Of a stretch of DNA of 64,000 nt, positions 1 through 10,922 are shown one piece after another; within the stretch, counting starts at the first letter, position 1, and each line of letters opens with the position of its first letter. This DNA is from Callorhinchus milii (Eukaryota). The stretch is from contig NW_024704742.1 of NCBI RefSeq assembly GCF_018977255.1, positions 74,774,001 to 74,838,000 of the forward strand, in the 5' to 3' direction. The notes under the pieces are model-generated. The model was given only the letters and a program-made list of their open reading frames with translations. It did no database searches and was not told the origin of the DNA. Made by a program: the position numbers and the translations under genes.

Positions 1-139
1 TCTCCTGCTTCAACACCATCCTGTTTGTCAGCTGCGAGCAGTATAGATAACCTGACGGGGCCACTCACAGAGTTAGCTGTTGGTGGTGCCTCAAGTGCAG
101 CTGATGGGGCAACTGGCACTGAGAGAAAAGAAGGGGAAG
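1..139 (+). CDS. TNKS: Tankyrase-1 coding exon, 5'-truncated by the window edge (ankyrin-SAM linker)
   Basis: Frame 1 gives [46 protein letters not shown], nearly identical to the vertebrate TNKS1 linker as I recall it; GT donor at 140. Confidence 0.95.
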
Positions 140-765
140 GTAGGCTAATCGAAACAAGCATGATAAGTTATGTGGAAGGTCTCTTAAAATAGTCTTGTGA
201 TTGATTCCAAGAGTGCGCTTGATGATCTTGACCTTGTGCAACATGTTTTGGTGAAGTACATCAACAGGCTACTTTATAGCTTACTATAAGGTAATATTCT
301 TTCAACAATCAACTTCCCTTTGTCAATTTAAGATTTGAATTTTGTTTGTCCCCAGTTGGAATCTCAGAAATTGTGGTTTGGTTACGCTGAATATAGTTGG
401 TTTAAATAGCATAGACAGGTTTGGGGTGTTGGCAGATAAAAGTGTGAGATCAGAAACATTAGGATGTGAAATACATTACAATTCTGTATTGAGGTTTCTG
501 TTATTCTAAGAACATACTTAATAAGGGGAAACCTCATTGTAGTTAACATTGGCTGGATCCAATGTTTCAGCAGCCGTGTTGCATGAAAGGGGTGAAAAAA
601 TTGTAACTTTTGGACCATCGAAATGTTACCAAATTCACTTCCTACGTGCATAGGAAGTGAACTTTGAATGCATCACATTGTGGAATATGTAGAGTACAAT
701 GTGGAGTACATTTTATGTTTATATATTGATATTGGAAAAATATGAAAAAATATGTTTCCTTCTAG

Positions 766-848
766 TAACCACACTTGACATGAACATTAATCAATTCCTT
801 AAAAGTCTGGGCTTGGAACACCTGCGAGATATCTTTGAAAGGGAGCAG
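766..848 (+). CDS. TNKS: Tankyrase-1 exon, start of SAM domain
   Basis: ttctAG acceptor; (V)[33 protein letters not shown] donor; phase continuous with the previous exon. Confidence 0.96.
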
Positions 849-941
849 GTGAGTGAAAATTAAAATTCTCTGATTATAGATTTTAAGAAACTGGATATGT
901 TTTGGCTTTCTTGAATTTACCGACTTTGATAACATTTACAG

Positions 942-1062
942 ATTACTTTGGATGTGCTGGCAGACATGGGTCATGAAGAGTTGAAAGAAATTGGAATAAA
1001 TGCTTATGGGCATCGTCATAAATTAATCAAGGGTGTTGAACGACTACTAGGAGGACAGCAAG
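942..1062 (+). CDS. TNKS: Tankyrase-1 exon, SAM domain
   Basis: [44 protein letters not shown] boundaries; preceded by a 93-nt intron. Confidence 0.97.
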
Positions 1063-1224
1063 GTAATCACTCTTCCTGCCAGTTATTCTGTATTTAAATA
1101 TGTATCCTGAGGGTAACAACATGGCTCAGATTGCGGGACTCCCACTTCTTAGTCAGAATGCTTTGAGTTCATGCTCCACATTGGAACTTTGAACACAAAG
1201 CCTCAGTTGATATTCCAGTTCACT

Positions 1225-1418
1225 CAACAACAAGACAACAAGATTTCATTTATAGAGCGCCTTTCACGTCGGGAGGACGTCCCAAGGCGCTGGACAGTTG
1301 GGTCGGGACCCGAGCAGGAGGGAAATGGTCAGGGTGAGGGGAGGGAGGGGAAGGAAGGGAGGAAGCGAGGAGGGGGTAGAGAGTCGAGAGGGAAGCTGAA
1401 GGCACAGTCGAAGAGAGC
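1225..1418 (-). mobile_element. L2 3' end inserted in an older Deu-SINE (~1110-1545)
   Basis: Reverse of the L2 tail; the flanks carry the SINE head (CTTAGTCAGAATG..GAGTTCATGCTCCAC) and Deu core (TTTGGATGAGA..AGGTGGATGTTGAAGAT). Confidence 0.82.
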
Positions 1419-1569
1419 AGTATATTGTCAGAGATGCCATCCTTTGGATGAGATTAAGTTAAGGTTAGGTGGATGTTGAAGATTTCTTGGCACTATTTGC
1501 CAAGGGAAGAAAGTTTCTCTCAGTATCCTGACCAAAAATCTCCCAGTTTAATCAATCAATTTATGGGAC

Positions 1570-2065
1570 AACCGCAAGATCACAATTTTGGTTTGGATGA
1601 AGCAGGCCCTTTGGCCCATCTGAACTCGTCACTCGAGAATACCTATCCTAACGTTCTCCCATTACAACATCAAACTGCTTTTTAAAAGTATTCCAATGTC
1701 CTGATCTCGACCACCTTTCCTGGCAACATCTTCCAAGTCATGAATTGCCCTCAGAGTAAAGAAAAACTTCCTAGTATCTATCCTGAAATTTCTCTTTACA
1801 GCTCTAAACCTTTTCTTTTAGTGTCATGTTACATCCTAAAGTATTGATCGGGATTTACTTTTTCAATCCCATTGAACAAATATACAACGAGGTTTCTTAT
1901 GGTCCTCTCTGAGTCATCTTCTCTTAAGACTGGCTTGTCTAAAAATTGCTAATAGCTCATTCCTCTAACACTGGGGATCATCCTCGTTGCTGTACTTGGC
2001 ACTGCCTCTAGGGCTTGGGCAGCTCACTTATTTCACAGTGGCAAGTACTCTAGGTGCAGCATTAT
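1570..2065 (-). mobile_element. Old CR1 3' fragment
   Basis: Reverse CR1 3' motifs (GCAGGCCCTTTGGCCCATC, AGAGTAAAGAAAAACTTCCT, TACTCTAGGTG); degenerate. Confidence 0.6.
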
Positions 2066-2244
2066 AATAATAATAATCATTGCAGTTGATAAGGAGTTGT
2101 TTCAAATGCTTATTATGACTTAATTAGCTGATATCTATTATAGAATAAAATATACTGTGTGAGTAGCGTCATGCTTTTAATCCTGCCTACTTATCCAGTC
2201 AAAATGGAAATTAAATTTCAATCCGATAAATCTCGCCCTCTTAG

Positions 2245-2342
2245 GTACAAATCCTTACTTGACCTTTCATTGTGCCAGCCAAGGAACCATTCTGATTGAC
2301 CTCTCACTGGATGACAAGGAGTATCAATCTGTGGAAGAGGAG
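2245..2342 (+). CDS. TNKS: Tankyrase-1 exon, SAM-PARP junction
   Basis: (G)[36 protein letters not shown] boundaries. Confidence 0.96.
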
Positions 2343-3342
2343 GTACTTCAGATGAGTTAATTGTGTTCTTTTACAGGTCTTCAGTTAAACAAGTGCATTT
2401 AAAAAAAAAGCTCATATCTTGTAAAGTCTGTGTTTATTATGTCCTCTGCGTGCATCTGCAATGAGCAATGATTTATCATTATTGGGATACCTTGGGCCAA
2501 TCACTGTCTGGACACAATGCACATTGATGTCTATTTGGATTGCTGGCCCTGTGGACAAGATAACTTTGGCAGTTTTGATGCTGAAAAATAGTCTACAGAG
2601 CTCTCTCCTTCATTTATCTGGAAAAGTGAGTTCTGATGTGTACGTCAGCTCTGAAGGCCAGTTGTATTGTTCCCACAGTCAAAATTGACTAGGGAGCCAC
2701 AGGAGAAAAATGGGAATAAATTATATTTTTGATGAAAACAACAAGTTCAGTTTTTTTTTATTGCTTTTGTTTGTAATCGAGGATAGTAGGGTTAGCATTA
2801 CAATAATAAAGCTACTTTTAAAGCCATGTCGTTCTATGACTAATATTAGTTTGTCTCAGTGTCAGTGCATTAACTGAAAATGTAAAACATGGCTCTGGAG
2901 TTGACCATAGCAGTCTATGATTAAAGTGTTAGACTTGCTCTCATCAAATCTAGCTATTGAGCCAGAAATATTAAGCAGCAAAAAAGGTCTTCCTGATGTG
3001 AAAGGCACTATGCAAATGTAATTTGTTGTTGTTGTTGATACATATTAATGTTCATTATTGTGTATTTGTTTGGCTACAGGTCTATTGAATTCCCTCTATA
3101 GCCGGCTTACTTCAAGGGGCTACCACTTATAGCTGCATCAATTGTTGCTCCTCTTGAGCTTGTGCAGCATGTATTGTTCCCAGAGATACAAACGTCCAGA
3201 CAGGCCTGGACTGAACAATTTGTAAACCAGCATTTTGTTTTGCAGGCTCATACTGAGGAGCCAAAAATATCATTTTTGTTTGCTAATTATAATAGATTAA
3301 TAAATAACTAAAGAGACTATTTACACAACATCACAGAATATA

Positions 3343-3890
3343 ATTTTTTTTTGGTCAGCCGAGTGTCTGTCACATGCAGAAACCCATCACCATTTTTAAG
3401 AGTATCCAAACCAAACAGTTCCATGCATCCCACCTACACAAGGAATTTCCAGAGAAGTTTATTGGAATGGAATACACACTCTCCCTGAAGGGATGCATCC
3501 TGTTTTCCTAATTCTGGAAAGTATTAGGCACATGTTGGCAGGAGCTAAAGCTTGGGGACCGCACAGTATGTGTTGGGATACTGCTGGAGTCCAACCAGTT
3601 AAAAGCACAATGCTTGCCATTCACAGCACTGCCTGGCAAACTTTACCGCTGCTTGTCTAGGTAGGACCACCCCATCCTGTTAGGACTTTGGTTTACAGGG
3701 TTAATGGGAGCTGAGTGCGAAGTGTCCTAGCCCCAGTTCCTGATCTGCCCTTTGAAGTCCTGCCAATGAGCCAGACTGTCATCAGCAGTGCCCGAGAGTA
3801 CTGCGGACCCGCTTGACTCAGAGACTGAACTACCCAGACCACTGCAGAGATTAGATTGGACACCAAAATTGGTCTCTGCACCCTAAGAAG
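3343..3890 (-). repeat. Unassigned ~600 bp interspersed repeat, copy with poly(A)
   Basis: TTTTTTTTTGGTCAGCCGAGTGTCTG start on plus; shares AAGAGTATCCAAACC, TACTGCTGGAGT and TTAGGACTTTGG with other copies. Confidence 0.85.
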
Positions 3891-4992
3891 CAGCTTGTGA
3901 ACTCCTGAACCCTACAGTATGGCCTTTAATATTAACCTGGAAAATACTAAATTCATAAAATGTGACAAGAGCCTCCTTATGTTAAGTGCCATCCCTGTTA
4001 AACACAAGCTGAGACCCAAAAGCTAATGCTAAACGGTTAAACTCCCCAAATTACAGCTAAGATGACCCACATTCCTTAACACTCCAAACTAAGCCTAACC
4101 TGACCCAAATTTTCTATCCTCAAAATCTTTTAAAATGCTCTGAATCCAGTCTGGACTGCTGAATCTAATCCAGACCAAATTGAAATCTAATTTTTCTAAA
4201 AAGAAAATCTCAATGTTACTTCAACACTATTCAGTAGCGATAACCCCAAGGTAAATTACAACTCCAGCACCTGGAGGCACTGGTTACACAAGGAACCACA
4301 AGGAACTAACTTCAACTGAAGAACCAACTCTCATAAAACACTGACTTTGTGACCCCACCTAATCCACCGTCGGGGAGGTGTAAGCTTTCAACCAGTATAG
4401 CAAATAGCATCATCAAAATAAGCATCATCACAGCTTTGCTCCTGCTCTGCAGACTTCCTGCTTGTGTGGCTCCAGCTGTCTTGTTCCATCACCAATTACG
4501 AGTTTCCAGGACATAGGTTTTACACCTGCAGTTTCTACTCATACTTTGATCTCAACAAATCATTCAAATTCAGGAGACCTTTGTCCTTCAAAGGCGAAGC
4601 TTATGAACATCAAAAAGCTATTCAATTCATGGGAAGGGAGGTGAATCCCAAGACTTGATATTGTTTTTGAACACAGTCAAAATACTGTAACGACACTAGT
4701 CTGGTTCACATCTTATGGAGAAGGGAATTTCAGAGACTGACCATTTACATTAGTAGTCTGAATGAAGCCAATTGATGCCCCCCTTCAGTGTTTTTAAAAT
4801 AATGAATACGATTTTTTTTTACTGGTTCCTTGTAGCATGAGGCAGTGTGTTACAGGTGTAATGTTAGTGGTCCATGACATGCTACTCTGTTATCCTCAGC
4901 AATACCATAGCACATTTTGTAGTTGTGCTCTATTGTGCGAACAGGTTATGTGCTATTATTGAAAAATGGATGCTAATGATGTGTTACTTTAG

Positions 4993-5067
4993 TTGCAGAG
5001 TACAATCCGTGAGCACAGAGATGGTGGGACTGCTGGTGGTGTTTTCAATAGATACAACATTATTAAG
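4993..5067 (+). CDS. TNKS: Tankyrase-1 exon, PARP domain
   Basis: LQSTIREHRDGGTAGGVFNRYNIIK; tttAG acceptor (alternative CAG ending at 4998) and GTAAAT donor. Confidence 0.94.
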
Positions 5068-5440
5068 GTAAATATTTAATGTATTTGTGCATTTTAATAT
5101 TAAACTTTAAAGGAGAAAAAATTATATTCCTTGTAAATGGAAAATACAAATAAAGAGCGATTAGTATATAATGAAGTTAATCATAGCGGGGTCCGAACTC
5201 GCTCTAAATAATAATCCAGCACCTGGAGGCACTAAAGTGACAAGTTTGGCAACGGAATGTCAAAATTGAGTTAACCCTCTGGTGGTCTTGGTAGTCTGGT
5301 TCCTGAGCCAAGTGGATGTTCAATAATCCAAGGCACTACTGATGATAGCCCACCCTGCTGGCTCAAGTAGGATTTGGAAGTATTCCAGAAGTGAGAATAT
5401 TACCAACTAACCCTGCCTTATTGCTTGATATATAAGATAT

Positions 5441-5757
5441 GGAGTCCTGTAGCTCAGTGGTTAGAGCACTCGCTTTGCAAGCAAGACACCTGAGTTCAAT
5501 TCCAGGCAGAGGGCGAAACCTTGGGCAAGTTTCCTTACTCCACACGCCTGATAATAATCCCTCCAAAACAAAACAATAATAAAATTGGTCATTTTCAATC
5601 CACGACTGTTTGTGGGACACTGCTGTGTGCAATTGGCTGCCGCGTTTCGCCCACAAATATACGGTCAATTCACTTTACATTCTATCCTGTGAAGCACTTT
5701 GAGAAGTCAAGAAGATATGAAAAGCGCTACATCAAGTGCAAGGATTATTATTATTAT
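5441..5757 (+). mobile_element. Young tRNA(Ala)-derived SINE with L2-type tail
   Basis: GGAGTCCTGTAGCTCAGTGGTTAGAGC A-box, TTTGCAA anticodon-like loop, GAGTTCAATTCC B-box, Deu-like TGTTTGTGGGAC..TGCTGTG.GCAATTGGCTGCCGCG, (ATT)n tail. Confidence 0.9.
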
Positions 5758-6151
5758 AAAATGGGATTTGTGTGAAGGAGAGCCTCCAAGTGAGACTATT
5801 TGTATAGTGAGGGAGGAATGCATTTTGTTAAGGAGTGAACTTCTTGATGTGTTGCTAAATAAATTTAATTCAGTGGGTTAGGGCCGATATCCTATTGTGT
5901 AGAGGTGATACTTCAACGATTGAGAAATACCATATGTTACGTATTATTTGAGCATTTTCTGAATTTTAAATTTTATATAAGCTCCATTAGCATTTTTGTT
6001 TATGCCCATTTCTCAAACTAACTTCAAACAAAAGAATTACAAATCTACCGTCACCACAGTAGCGGTAAGGCAGCCCTTGCTTTAGTTTTAACAAACTGAG
6101 CGGTTTTATTTACACCATTGTTTTTTGCTGAATTCTTTTAAACTTTTTCAG

Positions 6152-6257
6152 ATTCAAAAAGTAGTGAACAAGAAACTTCGGGAGCGATTTATTCATCGAC
6201 AAAAAGAGGTAGCAGAAGAAAATCATAATCACCACAATGAGCGGATGCTGTTTCATG
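6152..6257 (+). CDS. TNKS: Tankyrase-1 exon, PARP domain with catalytic His
   Basis: [35 protein letters not shown]; ttttcAG acceptor, GTGAG donor. Confidence 0.97.
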
Positions 6258-6435
6258 GTGAGCCAATTGAAGTTGTTTGAAAAAAATAGTCTGGATTCTG
6301 ACTTGTACCTTCACTAAACTGCAGACCTCTATTGCTATTTCCTTTACTGAACTGTAGTAGAAAGCCTGACATAATAATACTTGGTTTTGATATAGCACCT
6401 TATCACATCTTTGAGACATCTCAAGTCTGGAGTCT

Positions 6436-6765
6436 GGAGTCCTGTAGCTCAGTGGTTAGAGCACTCACTTTGCAAGTGAGAGACCTGAGTTCAATTCCAG
6501 GCAGGGCGAAACCTTGGGCAAGTTTCCTTACTCCACACGCCTAATAATAATCCCTCCAAAAAACCAAAACAATAATTAAATTGGTCATTTTCAATCTACG
6601 ACTGTTTGTGGGACATTGCTGTGCGCAATTGGCTGCCGCGTTCGCCCACAAATATACAGTCAATTCACTTTACAGTGTGTTCTGTGAAGCGCTTTGGGAC
6701 GTCCTCCCGACGTGAAAAGCGCTATATCAAATGCAAGGATTATTATTATTATTATTATTATTATT
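6436..6765 (+). mobile_element. Young tRNA-SINE inserted into an older antisense SINE tail, TSD ATCTCAA
   Basis: Full-length copy; ATCTCAA at 6418-6424 and 6766-6772; the flanks join into an older SINE tail. Confidence 0.92.
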
Positions 6766-7992
6766 ATCTCAAAGAGCTTCAGTGAAAAGTGAATTGACTG
6801 TATATTTTGTGGGTGATTGATCCCATTGTGGATATATAAACAGTGCAGCTATCAGGTCATCATGCAAAATCAATGCATAGTGTTAATAAAAAGCTACAAA
6901 AATTTCTGCACAACTCTTAAATGTGATTTATTTTATTGTTGATTTGTTTCTACTATTAGGAGCTGTTTACTCTTCTTTTCATGTTTTACATTTGTCGTTT
7001 GCCCTCTGCCTTATATTCTCTTACAGAGGTTGACTGCTGCAAAGTTAATAGTGCTTCAGCGGCAGGAAGATAAAAACAAACTAAATGGAATCCTCCTTAC
7101 CTTTGTCCTTGAGGGGTTTGTCACATTGTCACCTAGCACTATGATTAAGGAATCAACAGATTCTTATAATTGAGTTAGTTTGAATAAATTCAACTTTGGG
7201 ATTCAAAACCCATTTAAACTCTGTAGAACTTAGCTGCTTGAGTAATTTGAATCTTAATGTATATACAATAGAGAGCCAATTATCTGCTTTAAATTGAAAT
7301 GGCCGATACAAATTGATTGCAGCGCTAACCAAAAAAAATTATACCAACAGAAGTTGTACTGTCACAAAAAGAGAAGGGAGTTTCTCCTGGGTATCCTCCA
7401 GATAAAATTAGTCACTCACTCTGTGGCTGTTTGTGGGACATTGCTGTATGCAAATTGACTCCTGTATTCCTCCACAAAATAGACAGTTACACCATTTGAC
7501 AGTAAATCCTGTGAACTGCCTGGATGATGAGGCGCTATAACAAATGCAAGGATTACTATTGTTATTATCTGTGTGTGTGTCATTCTATCTATATGTGTAT
7601 GTGTCTCGCTGTCTGTTTGTGTGAGTTTCGCTATCTGTCTTTGTGTGCCTCGTGTCTCTGAATCAAGTTGTTGCCTGCAACTGCACACACCCGCACATAC
7701 AACAGGTTATTTTTTGCTCATGTCTTGCTACTCTATGGGTGATAGCCTGGCAAATGGTAGCAATCTCGCTTTTAGGTCTAGAAGGTTGTGGGTTCAAGCC
7801 CCAGTTCAGGATTTTGAACTCGCAGTGCAGTGCTGGGGGTGTACTGAATTGATAGAGGTGCCATGTTTCGGCTGAAATGTTAAGCCAAGGTGCTTCTGGC
7901 TGTTCAGGTGGACATTAAAGATCCTATGGCATTACTCAAAAGAGAATGGAGTTTCTCCTATTAGCCAGGACAACAGTCCCTCATATAAAATT

Positions 7993-9953
7993 CAGTCAGA
8001 GACGGGAGAAGTTGTAATGAGGGATAAGGACATGGCAGAGTCCCTAAATGGGTACTTTGCATCTGTCTTCACCCTAAAAGACACAACAAGTCTGCCAACA
8101 ATAGAGATGCACCAAGGGGAATAAGGACAGGGAACAACTTAGGGAAATTTTCATCAGTAGAGAATTGGTGCTAGGGAAACTGTTCTATCTTTGACCGTGC
8201 CTTCAGCTCCCCTCTCGACTCTCTACCCCCTCCTCACTCCCTTCCCTCCCCTCACCATTTCCCCCCAATGCTCGGGTCCTGACCCAACTGTACAGCGCCT
8301 TGGGACGTCCTCCCGACGTGAAAGGCGCTCAATAAATGGAATGTTGTTGTTGTTGTTGTTCGCGCTAAAAAGTGACAAATCCCCTGGTCCAGATGGCTTG
8401 CATCCCAGGGTTTTAAAAGAGGTAGCTTATAAGGTAGTGGAGGCCTTATGTCTGATCTTCCAAAATTCCTTGGATTTTGGAACAGTCCCCATGGATTGGA
8501 AGATCGCAAATGTCACACCACTATTTAAAAAAGGTGGAAAAGAAAAAATGGGAAACTATAGGCCAGTTAGTCTCACATCAGTGATAGGAAAAAATTTAGA
8601 ATTATTGATTAAGGATGTGATAGTGCGGTATTTAGGGGAGCACAATATAATTAGGCCAAGTCAACATGGCTTTACAAAAGGGAAGTCATGTTTGACAAAT
8701 CTCATAGAGTTTTTTGAGGATATTTCGAGTAAACTAGATAAGGATGAATCAGTGGAGGTGGTCTATTTGGACTTCCAGAAGGCATTCGATAAGGTGCCGC
8801 ATAAAAGGTTAGTCCAAAAGATAAGGGCCCATGGAATTGGGGGGAGCATATTAACGTGGATTGGGGAATGGTTAACGGGTAGGAAACAAAGAGTAGGGAT
8901 AAATGGGTCCTTTTTAGATTGGAGGTATGTGACTAGTGGAGTGCCACAAGGATCAGTCCTTGGGCCTCAGCTATTTACCATCTACATCAATGATCTTGAT
9001 GAGGACATCGAAGTTAATATATCTAAATTTGCGGATGACACAAAACTAGGAGGAAGTGTCAACACAGAGGATGACATTAACAAAATGCAGCGAGACATAG
9101 ATAGGTTAGGTGATTGGGCAGGTAGGTGGCAGATGAAGTATAATGTAGGGAAGTGCGAAGTCATCCACCTAGGTAGCAAAAACAGTAGAGCGGGTTATTT
9201 TTTAGAAGGGGAGAGACTGGAATGTGTTAGCGTCCAGAGGGACTTGGGTGTCTTTGGACACCAATCACAGAAAGTTAGTCTGCAGTGCAGCAGCAATTAG
9301 GAAGGCGAACGGTATGTTAGCATTCATTATGAAAGGATTAGAGTATAAGAGTAAGGAAGTCTTGCTGCAACTGTATAGGGCCCTGGTGAGACCACACCTG
9401 GAATACTGTACAATTTTGGTCTCCTTATTTAAGGAAGGATGTACTTGCCTTGGAGGGGGTGCAGCGTAGATTTACTAGGTTAGTACCAGGGATGAAGGGG
9501 ATGAGTTACGAGGATAGGCTGACCAATTTGAGCCTATATTCTCTAGAATATAGAAGAATTAGAGGGGATCTTATAGAAACCTATAAGATCATCAAAGGGC
9601 ATGATAGAGTAGAGAGTGGGAGATTGTTTCCCCTGGTTGGAGAAACTAAAACCAGGGGTCACAACCTTAAAATCAGAGGCCAGCCCTTTCACACTGAGTT
9701 GAGGAAGAACTTCTTCACTCAAAGGGTGGTGAATGTATGGAACTCACTACCCCAAAGGGCTGTTGACGCTCAGTCCTTGAACATATTCAAGACTGAGATA
9801 GATAGATTTCTTATTGCAAAAAGGAATTAAGGGATATGGGGATAAGGCAGGGTCAGGTTATTAGCTGGAGTTAGATTAGAAGATCATCCATGATTGAATG
9901 GCGGGGCAGGCTCGAAGGGCCGTATGGCCTACTCCTGCTCCTACATGTTATGT
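7993..9953 (+). mobile_element. 5'-truncated CR1 LINE (RT domain + 3'UTR), frameshifted, TSD TAAAATT
   Basis: KSPGPDGLHPRVLKE, NYRPVSLTS, QHGF, YLDFQKAFDKVPH, SGVPQGSVLGP, FADDTKL; frameshifts near 9285 and 9410; CR1 tail GGCCTACTCCTGCTCCTA; TAAAATT at 7986-7992 and 9954-9960. Confidence 0.95.
8186..8361 (+). mobile_element. L2 3' end inserted inside the CR1, TSD TGTTC
   Basis: Matches the L2 tail at 32305-32478; TGTTC at 8181-8185 and 8357-8361; removing it restores CR1 LGKLFALKSDKSP. Confidence 0.88.
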
Positions 9954-10154
9954 TAAAATTGGTCACTTACTTCATGTCTGTTTGTGAAACATTGCTGTGT
10001 GCAAATTGCCTGCTACTTTTCCTTGCAAAATACACACTCACTGCACTTTACAATAAATCCTGTTAAGTGGTTTGAGACATCCTTCTGACATAAAAGGCGC
10101 AATATAAAATGTGAGTAATGTGATTATAATGCAACCAGTGTTCTATGGTTTATA

Positions 10155-10475
10155 TAATAATAATAATAATCCTTGCATTTGATATAGCGCTTTTCACGTC
10201 GGGAGGATGTCACAAAGCGCTTCACAGAACACACTGTAAAGTGAATTGACTGTATATATTTGTGGGCGAACGCGGCAGCCAATTGCGCACAGCAATGTCC
10301 CACAAACAGTCGTAGATTGAAAATGACCAATTTATTATTGGTTTTGGTTTTGGAGGGATTATTATTAGGCGTGTGGAGTAAGGAAACTTGCCCAAGGTTT
10401 CGCCCTGTGCCTGGAATTGAACTCAGGTCTCTCGCTTGCAAAGTGAGTGCTCTAACCACTGAGCTGTAGGACTCC
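10155..10475 (-). mobile_element. Young tRNA-SINE
   Basis: Reverse complement is near-identical to 6436-6765. Confidence 0.92.
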
Positions 10476-10715
10476 ACCTGCATGTAATTTCTGTGACCAG
10501 CATCATGTCCAGCACAGACATGATGGGCCGATTGGCATCCTTCTGTGCTGTATAATGCTATGATTCTTTGTAGGAGGTCTATGTGAGTATATTCTACTTG
10601 TATAATATTTTCAAAGCGACCGATTAATTGTTCCCACAAGTTTGCTTTTGGAATTAGAAGACTTTAAAATTTAATGGGTAAATGGGGCTAATTCCCCTTT
10701 ATTCTCTTAAACTAA

Positions 10716-10922
<207 letters not shown>

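Larger units (their letters stand above)
7740..10120 (+). mobile_element. Older Deu-domain SINE (SacSINE1/AmnSINE-like), split by a CR1 insertion into 7740-7992 and 9954-10120
   Basis: Head AGAAGGTTGTGGGTTCAAGCCCCA and Deu core CAGGTGGACATTAAAGATCC.ATGGCA; resumes after the CR1 with TGTTTGTGAAACATTGCTGTGTGCAAATTG. Confidence 0.8.

Noticed and set aside
4462..4658. Short ORFs in the TNKS intron
   Set aside because: No homology recognised; like most 60-100 aa ORFs in the track, they are chance or repeat-derived.
5441..5515. tRNA-Ala(TGC) genes at SINE heads
   Set aside because: No proper acceptor stem; always fused to the SINE body and tail.
8191..9300. 369-aa RT ORF as an active or domesticated gene
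   Set aside because: Starts at TTG inside an inserted L2 tail; the CR1 is 5'-truncated, lacks the endonuclease and has two frameshifts.
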